Under the pieces are notes generated by a model. That model had not been told where the DNA came from and searched no databases. It saw only the letters and a program-made list of their open reading frames with translations. A stretch of 63,693 nucleotides of DNA, counting the filler, from Babesia bigemina (lineage: Eukaryota), in NCBI RefSeq assembly GCF_000981445.1. It is 8 parts of 8 records of this genome, joined end to end, with 100 filler letters (N's around TTAATTAATTAA, not from the genome) between each part and the next. Parts side by side here need not be neighbours in the genome. Positions count along the whole stretch, not along the records: positions 8,148 to 33,904 come from NW_012237364.1; 7 more parts are not named here. One strand, given 5' to 3'. The translations under genes were made by a program, and so were the position numbers. This document shows, one piece after another, positions 9,640 to 22,100 of the stretch (position 1 is the first letter of the stretch; each line of letters starts with the position of its first letter).

Positions 9640-11329
9640 TAATCTCACTACGCACTTACAATCTCTATGTGCCACCTAACTCGGCGAACAATCCGCCTAC
9701 AAGTCCACTACCTTAATCACCAAGCCCTTTTCCACCCTCATGACTCCCCGCTGCCTGAGTGTGACGGATGGACTGGCAGCGCAACCACGCACCTTTGCCC
9801 GCCGCTACCAACGCTATGACTGCGCTACCCGTGTGCCTAATCAACGCTACTGTCACGCTACTCAGTGTCTCTATTTCGGCGCTTCACCGCCACGCCTCGC
9901 CACCTGCCGGCAGTCACCGACGTGACCAACACAAATGCCAAGCACTCAACAAATCACTGCACAGCACATTAACCAACACTTTTACCAACACAATGAGCAA
10001 CTACATAACCAACCAATCAACCAAACCACAAACCAAACACCTCACCAAAGCGCTACCAAAAAGGCCCACCAATGCACTAACCACGGTGCCAGGCAACGCT
10101 CTGACCAAGCCACACTCCACACGACATGAAGCAAGCAGTCAAATCTACTTAAGCAACGCACATGATACACATAAACACGCATCGACGTCCTCTCCGCATT
10201 AAATTAATATGCCTGATGTTAATTGCGATCTTGACCACGAAAGGGGATGGCCGGAATGTCACACCTCATTCCGCCTCCCTACTGAATTGAGTTACTGGCA
10301 CTAATAGTAATCATAATAATACATTACTCGACGCGTTCATCAGCGGCCGACATGCTCTCCCCTGCCTCATCAAGAGACACGCCGCCAAGCTGATATCACA
10401 AGTGCTCGTCAGCACAGTCGAGACACGGCTCCTCAGCTCCGTCGGTCTGCAAACATATTAGTTGATGGCATACATATAATATGAATCTACGCAACAAAAG
10501 AAACACATAAAACACGCATCAAAAGAAACGCACAGTCATGTAAGCGGCAATCAACAAAACAGCTGGATCAGACAACTAACCTACGCCCACCTAGACACGA
10601 ACAGAGTTGGAGCGCACTTGACAAACGTCCAGATAGACAGCGGAACGTCTACAAAGTCAAAACAATAGGAAAATAGTAATTAATCAAATTTTTTACCAGA
10701 CGGTAGCCGGCCATCCAACTCGCCGGAGCCAGGTTCTCCACGCCTGAACACCGCAACTTGGACTCGCCAAGGCTCGGCCGACCGTCCGGGAGAATGCTGG
10801 CGAAACATTCTGAACGGCCAACATGCAGAAAGTGGACACCGTTTTGCAGCATGTTTGTGCATGTGCATGTAAATGTAAACATGCATCTAGACAGCATGCG
10901 CACCGGGTGCACTAATCAACTACGCTACTTTAATGAGCTATTTGCGATGTTAAGACAGTTACGTAACGCGATAATCGCGATGCCAATGATAGTTGGTATA
11001 ATGATCTGTAGATGCGTATGTGTTATGCACGAGTCGCGACCGCGGTCGCTCCTTTCTCTAGACAATTTCATGCTCATTGAAAGTGCATGCATCATCGATA
11101 CGGTATTTGCCGGATGCGCTGTAATGGGGAGCAGTTGAAGGCAATTTTAAGCGGAAAACATTCAAGCAATTACCCCCGCATGCTGGCGGTACAAGGGAAC
11201 AAATAACGACGGTGAGCTATGTAAATACCCACATGCGCAACAAGCATCTTTCGCAGGAATAGCGATCATCAATCATGCGTTCATCGGCACTCTGCACTGT
11301 AATCACCTCATGACACTCCACATGCCAAG

Positions 11330-12886
11330 ATGATACGCCAGCGGACTCTGGATTACTACTTCAAGCCGTCGCCAAACAACGCTATCAAACTGCAGACCAA
11401 TAATGACACCCAGCCGACCACTACACCCATCACAGTCTCTCCTCAACCGGAGCAAAAAGTCAAGCGTCCGAGAGGCAGACCCAGGAAGGTCAGGCCAGTT
11501 GAGACCAGCGAAATTGTCAAGCGTCGGAGAGGCAGACCGCGGAAAGTCAGGCCTGTTGAGACTCCCGACGCTGTCAAGCAGGAGCAGCAGTGCAATGGTA
11601 ACGCGACGCCGGCCAGCGCATGTATTACAGTCTATCCTCAACCGGAGCAGAAAGTCAAACGTCCTAGAGGCAGGCCGCGAAAGGTCAGGCCTGTTGAGAC
11701 TAACGACGCTGTCAAGCAGGAGCAGCTGTGCTATGGTAACGCGACGCCGACAACTACACCCTTCACAGGAATTCCGCAACCGGAGCAGAAAGTCAAGCGT
11801 CCGAGGGGCAGACCCAGGAAAGTCAGGCCTGTTGAGACGACAGATGACGTCAACAAGCAGGAAGTGCGGACTCCAACATACAGCAAGGACACGCCTCGAC
11901 GCAGCAGCCGACTGCGGAATCAACGCACAAACTCACAGCAATATGTATATGACATGACAGAAATGGCCGACGAGACGCCGGCTTCCAATGCGATGCTCTC
12001 AACACAGGACGCATACCAGTCCCCTAGCAGATTGCTTGCCGATTTTCCGTACGCCAGATTCGGCTACACGCATCAGCCGGCTCACTTCCGTTCGCCTACC
12101 AGGAGGGAACTGTGGTCGCGGGTGGGCCGCATCTACAAGGAACTGCAGACTGTCCGCGATGACAATTACAAGCTGCCGCTTGATCCGCATCAGATGGCCA
12201 AGGAATCGCACATTATGCAACTCGAAACTGCACTGGACGACGCGCTAGAGGACGCCAAGTTTCTCGACTGGCAGAGGCATCACATGAATCGGATCAAGGA
12301 GCGCAGCGAGGAACCGCAGCTGGCAAAGGAGGAGCGTGACGTCCTGACGCTGGACGACGTGAGCTGCAATGATGTTATCAACGTTAATATGTTTGACTAC
12401 CTGATGACGCCGCAAGCAGAACGGTGGAACGCAGTGCCGCCAATTCGCTACCACGCCGACACACGCAACGTCAGCAGAGAGACGCCACCGCCACACCGAG
12501 TAGGACTAACTATCATACGCTATTCGCCGTCAGTATCGCAGCACTCAAATGATGAGACGCTCGACGACGCTGGCGAAAATGAGAATGTGCAAGAAAACAC
12601 CGGCCGACCAGTCGTGCGCCGGGAGCCAAGCGTAGACAGCGGCAGACTGCTCAGATGGAACACGCATCCGAGGGATGTGATCCCTAAACGCTACTGTGCA
12701 AATTACCCAGATGACATCGCGCCGTGTTTCTGCTGCACTATGCTATCTGAGCTTCCATGGAAACGCGTACGCAGCAACGCACCTGTGAGGTGTAAATGTG
12801 CAAGGCGTAAGCAGTCCGGTGCCCAGCGAAAAAGACGCAGATTGCGCTTCCTGAGACAAATGAGCAAAATACATCACATATCGTGA
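11330..12886 (+). CDS. 518-aa putative nuclear DNA-binding protein: N-terminal PIP-box, four AT-hooks, C-terminal Cys cluster, basic NLS-like stretch
   Basis: Intact ATG-to-TGA ORF. KRPRGRPRK x3 plus KRRRGRPRK; QRTLDYYF at aa 4-11; YC...PCFCC...RCKC; RKRRRLR. Identical copy at 47739-49295. Confidence 0.8.
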   Translation: MIRQRTLDYYFKPSPNNAIKLQTNNDTQPTTTPITVSPQPEQKVKRPRGRPRKVRPVETSEIVKRRRGRPRKVRPVETPDAVKQEQQCNGNATPASACITVYPQPEQKVKRPRGRPRKVRPVETNDAVKQEQLCYGNATPTTTPFTGIPQPEQKVKRPRGRPRKVRPVETTDDVNKQEVRTPTYSKDTPRRSSRLRNQRTNSQQYVYDMTEMADETPASNAMLSTQDAYQSPSRLLADFPYARFGYTHQPAHFRSPTRRELWSRVGRIYKELQTVRDDNYKLPLDPHQMAKESHIMQLETALDDALEDAKFLDWQRHHMNRIKERSEEPQLAKEERDVLTLDDVSCNDVINVNMFDYLMTPQAERWNAVPPIRYHADTRNVSRETPPPHRVGLTIIRYSPSVSQHSNDETLDDAGENENVQENTGRPVVRREPSVDSGRLLRWNTHPRDVIPKRYCANYPDDIAPCFCCTMLSELPWKRVRSNAPVRCKCARRKQSGAQRKRRRLRFLRQMSKIHHIS

Positions 12887-15800
12887 ACATACCTTTAATC
12901 GCTGCCACCGGCCACTTAAGTGAGTAGACACGTGCTAGCAGTCAGCCGTAAGCTGACCATGGTGATGACTAGACTACGTGTGCGGGGTCAATCGAACATC
13001 GGAAATGTATTCCGAATCTCCCGATACCCGCGCAGGTTATAGTGTTTCCACGCCCAGACACGCCTGACTAATTACACATGTGTGCAGCCACACATCCCAC
13101 ACCACCCTATCGGGGCCCAAGGGCCCCCGTCAGGCTACACCACAGCTGTTGGGTCAAAGTGGGTAAAAATCGGGGCTGATGCCTCACGTCATTTACGTAC
13201 ATTATACGTCATGTATGACACACCAGCAGCCGAGCGGTCGCTGCGACACCGAGCGCCGCCAGATAGACACATGACGACACCGGCAGGTGGAGTCGGATAG
13301 GAAATTTTTTACCGCACATCTAGAGTCACCAAACACGCTTACCAATCATTTTAAGACATTTTACAGCATTTTCTACTTTGGCGAATTTTTTGCCACGACG
13401 CGTACCCCGGCCGACCAGTGACTGGCGGAGTACGATACCACAGGCACCGCCTAACTACTCAAATAAGGTTGGAATGCCACGTCACGTTTTTCGCACACAT
13501 GATGTTATTCCGTCTTATTTTAAGCCACTTTTACAAACGCAATTACGTCCGCCACCGCCGAGATTCCGGCTATATCCATGCCGAGCAGCTAGCTGACGGC
13601 CGACCTTCTTAATGAGACATGACTACAGAATTGTTATGTAAGAACATTAGTAACGTTTAACGTATAATTTACGAGGTCAATGAGCACGTAAGTATGAGCG
13701 GTAGATTGCACAACGGTCAAGTAATGAATGCACTGGCAGACAGGGTGACACAGCTGGGTAGTGGTCAAATGCGAAAAATAATGAGCGTGTGTTTAGGCGG
13801 TGTAATATATCCACATATGTGTATTTTCATCTAAAAGTCACATAGCAATTTTAATACTAACATAGGTAGTTACTCAGCAAGTTACGCCTTATGTTACCCA
13901 TTGGTGTACATTTAAATAGTCAACACAATCACCTAAGCTTTTAATTAACGATTTACATACAACATTATTCCACACGTTAACCATATAATTCATAATGTTT
14001 TTGAGCAGTAACTAGACCGTTAACTCACCAGCCGCTCCCTGCTGCGCTTATGCTCCGGTGCTGGGCGAATTGGTGTCCGACGGCATGTCGCAATTTGTTA
14101 AGCAATTGTTGACTAAACAAGATCTCAATGACACATAATAGGCAATGTAAAATACGCAGCACATCTGTCTGTCACGTCTAATAGATGAGCCATTAGGTCG
14201 AGGCAGGCAGCGGAGCTGCCTAGTGCTGGGTGGGTGGTGCACGGAAAACTGTATTAATTCGTGCTCTACATGCCTTTCGTATCACATATGTGATGCTGTA
14301 ATTACGTGCTATTCGCTGCGTGAGTGCCGGTCGCTGCATGTCTTCTGGCGGACAGGTAGCTAACGTGTACGGCGTATTATCGCCGACATGATTACGCGAT
14401 GAATAGCATTCTCATGTCTTCAGATGTATGGAATGATGTTATAATAATCGCTATGTCAACCCACCTTGTTACTTACCTGTTGTCCGCAGTGGTCGTGGCC
14501 ACGGCGTTACATGTTGCGTTTTCCACTGCTCACGTTTCACCTAGCGGAATGATTTGTTTTGTCACGCATCCCTAATCACGTCACTAATCACATCTCAGAC
14601 GCATAATTACTTGACTAGCCGCCTATAATTTTCCTGGACGACGTGGCCCGTTTCCTCTTCGTCCTAGGCTACCAGGGGTGTCGGCGCTGTGCTAGACCTG
14701 GCGGAGGGTATCCGCCGTGCATTTGGAATAACGTCGTTGATGCGATAATATGTCATTTGATGATGTGATTGACAGTTTCTCAGCTGTATAACAATTTTGC
14801 CTTATCAGAGCAAATCTCACTGCTAGCGATGCAACGTTGATTAAGCTGGAATGTGCGTGAGAACCGCTTCATCAATAATGCGTTGTTGCTAGTCGAGCGC
14901 GGTACGCGCATGTGACGGTATACACGTGGTAGCGATTATGCAGCCAAAGAGACACGAGGCGCCGCGATTGGCGTCAGATGAGCTAGAAACTAAACAGCAG
15001 GCAACGTCAGTTGCCCGTGTGACTGAAATAAGACGAATGGACGAAATGGGAATACACAAATCAGCGTCGCAACGCTGAGTAACAATATCACGAGCAGATT
15101 CACGTGATAGAATGTTAACACGTAAAAATAGCGATAAGCAATTAGACTAGCGCACAATTTAACGCGGTGGCACATGTGATAATTAACAGTGTACTTCTGG
15201 TCACGAAGCAGCTGCGATAAGCTGCCGTGATAAACAAGCAGACTAGCAGCGAGTTAAGCACGTCGTAGAGCGGAAGGCGTAAGCCGGGGGAATGGGAAAG
15301 TAGAGAGGGAGGGTATCAGTCAGCTATCAATTCAGCCGTTTACTTAGCTATTTGCTTATCTTCTTGGTTACCTCTTTGGGTACCTTCTTGGTCAACACGT
15401 TACTCAGCCGCTTGTTCACGGCTTCGTTGCTCCTCTCACCCTTATCGGTGATCACATATTCGTAGGCATTACTGCCGCTCTCGTAGCTCATCTAGCGAAC
15501 ACTTTCGTTGCTCTTCACTGCTCCTGATGAAGGAACGGGCGCCTTCAGGAACGGTTGGGAAGGGCCGGGAACTGGGCGAATGGTTGTAGCTCCGATTTGG
15601 AGGCAACCCAGCTTTTGAGGCTGGGTGAGAGTTGAGTGTTTGAGTAAAGAGTGCGTATGAATTTGATTTGAATAGAAATTAGCAGCGTAGTCATATGTAA
15701 CGTAGGTGCGCATCGTCACTTATTCGAACGTTTTACCCCATCCCCGTGGGAGACCGGCCGGCGCATGGTGATGCGATATGGAATCCTCAGTGCGATGTCG

Positions 15801-16126
15801 TTGTTGACTGGAAGGCTGGGCAAGAGCCGTGAGCAGGAGCGAATGGCGCCGGAAGGGAGAGCGAAGGCCGAGATTCCGCTGAGGTAGGTGGTCGAGGTAG
15901 CGATATAAACGGTTTTCCTTGTTAGGTGAGCGAGGAAGGCTGCGAAATTGGTGAGTTTTTGCGTGATTCCATAACGTAGTGTGACTGTGAGCGAGATTCC
16001 ATCGAGATTCCATGTGCATGAGTTTGAGTTGAGTTATGTAATGTAGCTGTGGCATGCGTGTTGAGTGCGGGTGGTCGTGATTAGTTAGAAACGTGAGTGA
16101 AAGTGCGAGGTAAGTGAGCCTTGAAA
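12887..16126 (+). promoter_or_regulatory. 3.2-kb unique upstream region (putative promoter/5' UTR) of the ATG-bearing ves1 gene
   Basis: No convincing ORF. Found only upstream of the two ves1 copies that have the native start, and duplicated without indel at 49296-52535 (offset 36409). Confidence 0.5.
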
Positions 16127-19100
16127 ATGAGGCATGTCCCTAAGAAATTAACGGACTGTCCGGAAAATCTCCGTGAGTCCATCGACTGGTTGATCCAGGT
16201 TAGGTATGGGAATGGTGAAGGTAAGGGTCTTGATGAGTTGGCCAAAGCTCTGAAAAAGTTGATTGAGGAGGCTATTGAGAACGCTACTAAAAGCTTTGAA
16301 AAGCGTGAAAATGAACTTCATTGCAATTATCTTCCTAATAATAACAAGTGTTGTGAGGAGCTTAAACAGAAAATTGAGGGAGCTAAATCCGACAACTCCA
16401 AGCTTCTTAAAGCTGAATCCGACTTACAAAAGCACATTGATGCAGATCATTCTCTTACTGATGACGCCAGGAAAAAGCAGTTGAAGGATATTGATAATAG
16501 CCGTATTCAACTTGGTCACCTTGCTGGCCAGCTTGGAGGATTTGTTGGTCAAAGTGAGAGTGTTAAGAAAGCCGTTATGTATGCTATTATCGCTAAAATT
16601 AACAGTCATGAAGAGCTTAAAAATGTTTACTCTTCTCTTGTTACTACCCTTTCTGAGTCTGTCAAGTCTGGTGTCCAGGCTGGTGACACCAAGAAAATTA
16701 GTGAGCTTAATAAGTTAGTTACTGCAGAAATTCAGCGTCTTAATGATCAACTTAGTAAGCCTAATAACCTTAATAATAACTCTCCTTCTTCCCCCTCTCC
16801 CTCTGCTGACCCAGCCAAATTGCAGTCCAAGTTGGAGGCATTGGAGAAAGTGAAGGAGCTTTGTGAATTTTATGAGAATCTTAATACTAAACAAAATGAT
16901 CCTAAAAAGCTCTTAGATAATTTATGTTCCGGCCTCGAAAAATTCCTCGGCTTCAACTCTGACTCCAAAGGCTACGACGGCAGTGGGATTGTGTACTCCG
17001 ACTTGGACAGGCTGTGTGACGGGGTGATGGGATTTTTGAGTGGTGTGCTTGGTGCGGTGAAAAACACTCAGACATACAATGTCGGTAAAAATACATTACA
17101 AAACTTGGTAAGTAATGAAATTAACAATCATCTTTGCTCAGGGCACGAGGGCTTTAAAAGGCTTTTCGAAAAGTTGCCCAAGGAAATCGAGAAGTATAAC
17201 AGGGACGTGAAAAAACAGAATGATGATATCACAGCCAAGATAAACAATTTAGAGATGCAGTTAAATACCATGAATGATAAGGTAAGTAAAGTTTTAGAAA
17301 ATGATGCTGTTTCAGGTACAACCAAGAAATCCGTGCAGGCTGTGACGTACAGTGAGGAGCACGTGGAATACGCTGTGATAAATATTAGGCAGTATCTTCG
17401 TGACTGTCAATATAATGCCGATAGATTCAACGAAGCATTCGACCTAGAACAAAGATTAGACATGCAAACTGCTGTTAATGATCTTAACTCTAAGTTACGT
17501 AATGATGTACTTGTAGCCACGAAGGCAGTCAAACATGAAACACAGCGACTTGAGCAGTTGGCGCAGAAGGAGTGGGATGACTATAAATACATGAAGAGAA
17601 CGGTGAGAGCAACGATGGAGAGTCTGAAATTATCAGTTAACGGTGAGGTAAAATACCAGGTAGATGAACTAGTTAAGAAATTGAAAGAGAAGGTTACGGA
17701 AATGAAAAATAACCTTGAACCAATTAGAGACAATCTCGGGGAATACATCGGACATTTGACTGCGTGGAAGTCAGCAGGCGACACAGCCGTTACGAAGGCG
17801 AAGTCGCAGTGTGATGAGATTGTTTCGAAGTTGAACGGGAGGGATTATCAACAAAATTCCGGGGATAAAGGAGCGGTGAAAAAAGCGGCAAAAGCATTGC
17901 AAGAGAAGGCGGAAGAGCTTAGGACCAAAGCGTACGATGCTAAGCAGCAGGTTGAGCAGAAAGTACAAGAAGCCTTGAAAGCTGTGCACCAAATGAATGA
18001 TGACCTGAAGCAGGATTTGTCGAAGGTGAGGGAGGCGATTACCGGTGAGGTTGATAAAGTTAAGCAAGCAATTGGGAAGCTGTATGCAGGTATTACGACT
18101 GGAGAATCAGGAGAAGGAAATGAAAATCAAGAAATTAAAAACATAGTCGAATATTTCAGAACAAAACTTAAAGAAATTACGGGAAGTGTGGGTGGAAGAG
18201 AGAACCCTAAAACAGGTCTCATGGGAATTATCTTCCAAGTAAGAGAATATGCAAAAACGTTTCAGAATAGATTTAAAGCATCCATTCAGAGCATGGTTCA
18301 ACAGTTGGTGGAATGTGAGGGTATACAGGAGAGACTCATAAAATCAGTTAAAGCAAAACTTGGCAGAGGTAACATGATAAGAGTTGATGAAGAAGTGAAA
18401 CGCATAATCCAGCAGCGGATTATAAGTCCAATCGAAGCCATTAATGCTTCTTCATCAAACCTGGGAACGAAACCAAATGTTGAAGCAAATTTGTCTGATA
18501 TTAAAGAATATTTATGCAATTACGGCAAGCAGATTGATGAGCATTTACAAAGAGCGAACGCATTTTTACAATCCTACGCCAAACAGTTTGAACACAGCCA
18601 AAATAGACCGGAGATTACAGGCGACTATTTTATTAGTAGGGTCGTCAAAACCATTCTTACCGCGCTACAGAAAGCGGTTAAGGGTGCGGAGAATGAATTC
18701 GATCAATTCATAATAGACTCCAAGATTGCTCAGTTGAGTATAGCTACAAGTGCAGCCGAGACGCTGGAAGACAACGTAAAAAAAGCTCTTGGCATTGGCT
18801 CCGGTAATAATACAGTTGCCGTCGACGTCGATAAATCTATAAATAATGTCAACGCTGTGGCTAGGCAGCAGTTGCCGGGTAATAGTGTTTCATCGGTTGA
18901 CTTAAGTCAGGCCACATCTAGTTTTACGCGTTACACAAAGCACGTTGATCAGAGTAAACTGACTGCTCTTCAGACCACTAACCTTAATGCCATTCTTGAC
19001 GCAAACAAACTCCCACACGCCATCAAAGGGATTAACGATCAGGTGGTTGCTGAGACGTTGAAAGATGTCGTAGAAGAAAAGAACGGAGGTGATACACAAA

Positions 19101-22100
19101 TCCACAACAAAACCTTCTCCACTCTGCGCACCGCCGTCGACTCCAGCCTGGACAAATTCACCGAAGCCGTTGAAAAGCTTGTTAAAAAGGACAGCGTCAA
19201 TACTACAGTGAATGCCTACCTGTTGGATTTGGAGAAGATGCTTAAGGAAAGTGATCCTGTCAAGGTTTCGGCTGATGGAATGACTGCCCACTCCTCCGTC
19301 AAAGGCCTCGAGAAAATAATAGGAAATTTCACCACTCTTAAGAACAACCTGGAGAGCGGTCCCATTGCATTGGCCGACTATTTCATCGAATCCTACGCTG
19401 ACGCAGAAAAAGATCAAACCATACGAAACCTCATAGATTATGTCTACTCCCAAGTCAACATCGCTAAAGATCTCCTCACCACCGCCGCCCGCCGCAACTA
19501 CGTCACCTCCGTGAAATCGCTCCTCACCGCGTTCGCGGACAAGGTCGAAAAGGAGTTGGCGGGGTTGCCGGGGGAGATTGATGCGGATCTGACGATCGGG
19601 TTCAAGGGGTTGATGGGAAACTTTTACGAGAAGTTTATTGATAAAATTAAGCCAATCAAAGAAATTAATATTAAGTCTACTCCCCAATCAATGCCACTGA
19701 GCACCGCAGCTGAAAAGGTACAGAGCGGTTTCGAGGAGTTCGTGGGCGCAGTTATGAAACAGACCGATATGTTTGGGAATGTGCTTGCCAAAATTGAGAC
19801 ATCAAATCATAATGATGACCAGATTCAAGACACTTTCCCCCCTCTACTACAGACAGTTATCTCAGTGTCACGGGCTTTGGAGGACACTTTTTCATACCTT
19901 ACGGGTTCACATCATTTTGACTATGAGGTTATTAAACATCTGCAGAGACTACAAACGGCATTGAATGACTTCACTCCTACGAAATTCGGTGACACTTCCA
20001 GTCCAATCCTACAAGCATTAAAGGAGGGATTCTTCGGCATAGTTACGGAGCTTCAGAAAGTGTATATTAACACGTACTCTGGTCAGACGATTAAGTGGGA
20101 GGAGGGCAATCCTGAAACTACATTCTGCGCCAAAGCCTTCCTCAGTGCACTCGAATTTCTAAATGAGGACCTCAGCTATTTGAGAGAGCAATGTACTGAG
20201 AAGTGGTCGCCTAAACAGATCTATGCCTCAAGCAGTCTCGGCACATTCCTCCATAAATGCGGCTACGGCGTTGCTACTCTCGAATCCAAGCAGGACGGTG
20301 AGCTACGTAATAAGCCTGACTGCATGGGTTCAGATGTACGCGGGTTCCTTGTCGGCGAGGGATACACTGAAGTTTATAACTCCAAATCCAATATCAAACA
20401 CGCATTACAATACATTTACGACTACCTTCCCGATTATTACGATGTTTGCCACCTGTCCACTTCATCCTCCAAAAGACCATGTTCCGTCTACGAAATGCTA
20501 TGCTGGCTTACCGGGCTTCCGCACAATAAGGCATATAATGAGTTGTTACTACACGGTCTAAGTGATATGTTTGTAGACCCAAAGCGGCAGGAAAAAGAGG
20601 TCGACGGTGACATTGAGTTCACAGTGGATCGGACGGAACACGTGCACATCGACGCGTATCCAAACCGACTTACTTACGAGAACACCTGCAATCTCGTCGA
20701 TCATATCTGTGCTAAATCGCACGACGTATTGTGTCGAATCCTTGGCACCGGTGACGAGAACACCATGTACGCTGTCGATTACTCCACCAACTCACTCAAG
20801 TTGTACTACCCCTCTTCGGGTGAGGAATGCCTTGACATGTTCCTCAACATTTTGCGTAGATTGTTCCCACCACTCAAATACTTGCAAACGCAATGTGGCA
20901 TTGCCGCAAACGAATTCGGCTGGGCTGGTTGCCGTTATGGCAAGGATGTCCATACAACCAAATGGCCATGTAGCGGACACTCAAGCAGTGAAGCAACGTG
21001 CCATGCAAATTGTCAAACAACGTGCCAACCTACGTGCCAACCAAAATCGCCACTAATGAGCTACCTAAACGATTGCCTTCCGGGTCATTTACCTCACGCC
21101 CTGACTGGCATTGGTTGCAAAGCCAAATGTTCAACCTGCCCGAAATCCACGCCCGGGATGCCGTGTATCACGCCACTTGGATTCAGGTGTTTCTCTGGGA
21201 CCACACGTGAAGGTAGAGATATATGTAACGTGTTGACCAAGTTCTTCGGCAATGGCGATCTTAGCACCCTATTCAGCCTACAACCCAAAACGCCGTCTAC
21301 GCTGCCGGAGCATTTCGGATTCACGTTGTCGCTTGTTGCTGGCTGGGTTGGTAGCGACAACCAGAAGCGCAAGACAGGTGTGGAAAAACCTTTTGAAGAT
21401 GCCATTAGTAGCGTGTCCATTGGCCTGTACGACGAGCGCACAAAGCTCACGGATGCACTGCGTGATGCCTATGGAAACAATCAGAATACGCACGATGCTG
21501 CGAAATATCATAATCAAGCTGGTAAGAACCAAGGTACTGAAATTAAAAATTACGACTTGTCAAGTCTGTCAATGGATACTTTGTGTTCTCGTGATAACCA
21601 TTGTGGCCCGTACTTGGCGTCGCTGTGCCGGGATTACTACGGGTGTTTACCACACAAGAATTCGGAAACATATCTGTCATGGGCCGTATACCTTCCATGG
21701 ACATTTTGGGACTTCCTTAAAAATCTGTACGATGCGTTCTGTTCCATCGCTTGTGTAGATTGGGGATGCCGTGGTTGCTTAAAAGGCGATAAGTGCAGGA
21801 AAGGATCACACGGGTCTGTCAACGACGTTACGAAGAAATGTAATTGTCAGTGTCCATCCATTGTGGAATGCAAAGGTGTAGCCTCGACATTGTACAAATA
21901 TGGTTTCGTCTTTGGTGAAGCCTCAACGCTTAATAACAAGGATGCGCCCAAGAAGTGCTCTGATTTCTGTAGTCAGTTGGAGAATGTTATAAAATCGAAA
22001 TATTTCAAGAAATTGTTTGAGGAGTGCGACAACTTCCTATATTATATCCGTTTCCCCTTCATGACCCTAACACTAGCCCTCTGGCTCCTCTCTTTGCTGT

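Noticed and set aside
13000..16055. Divergent ves partner or other gene in the upstream region (short ORFs, scattered minus-strand GTAAGT/GTGAGT)
   Set aside because: No ves motifs and no coherent exon chain could be built by eye. A spliced non-coding transcript is not excluded.
16108..16116. Perfect AG|GTAAGT splice donor 17 nt upstream of the ves1 ATG, suggesting splicing of a leader exon onto downstream cassettes
   Set aside because: Splicing here would remove the ATG, and the nearest upstream ATG (16054) hits TGA before the donor. No supportable coding model without RNA data.
18902..19687. Antisense and overlapping ORFs within ves1, AT-hook and rap-1 genes (e.g. 18902-19687, 11303-11923, 59865-60686)
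   Set aside because: Shadow frames of real CDSs with no recognisable motifs.
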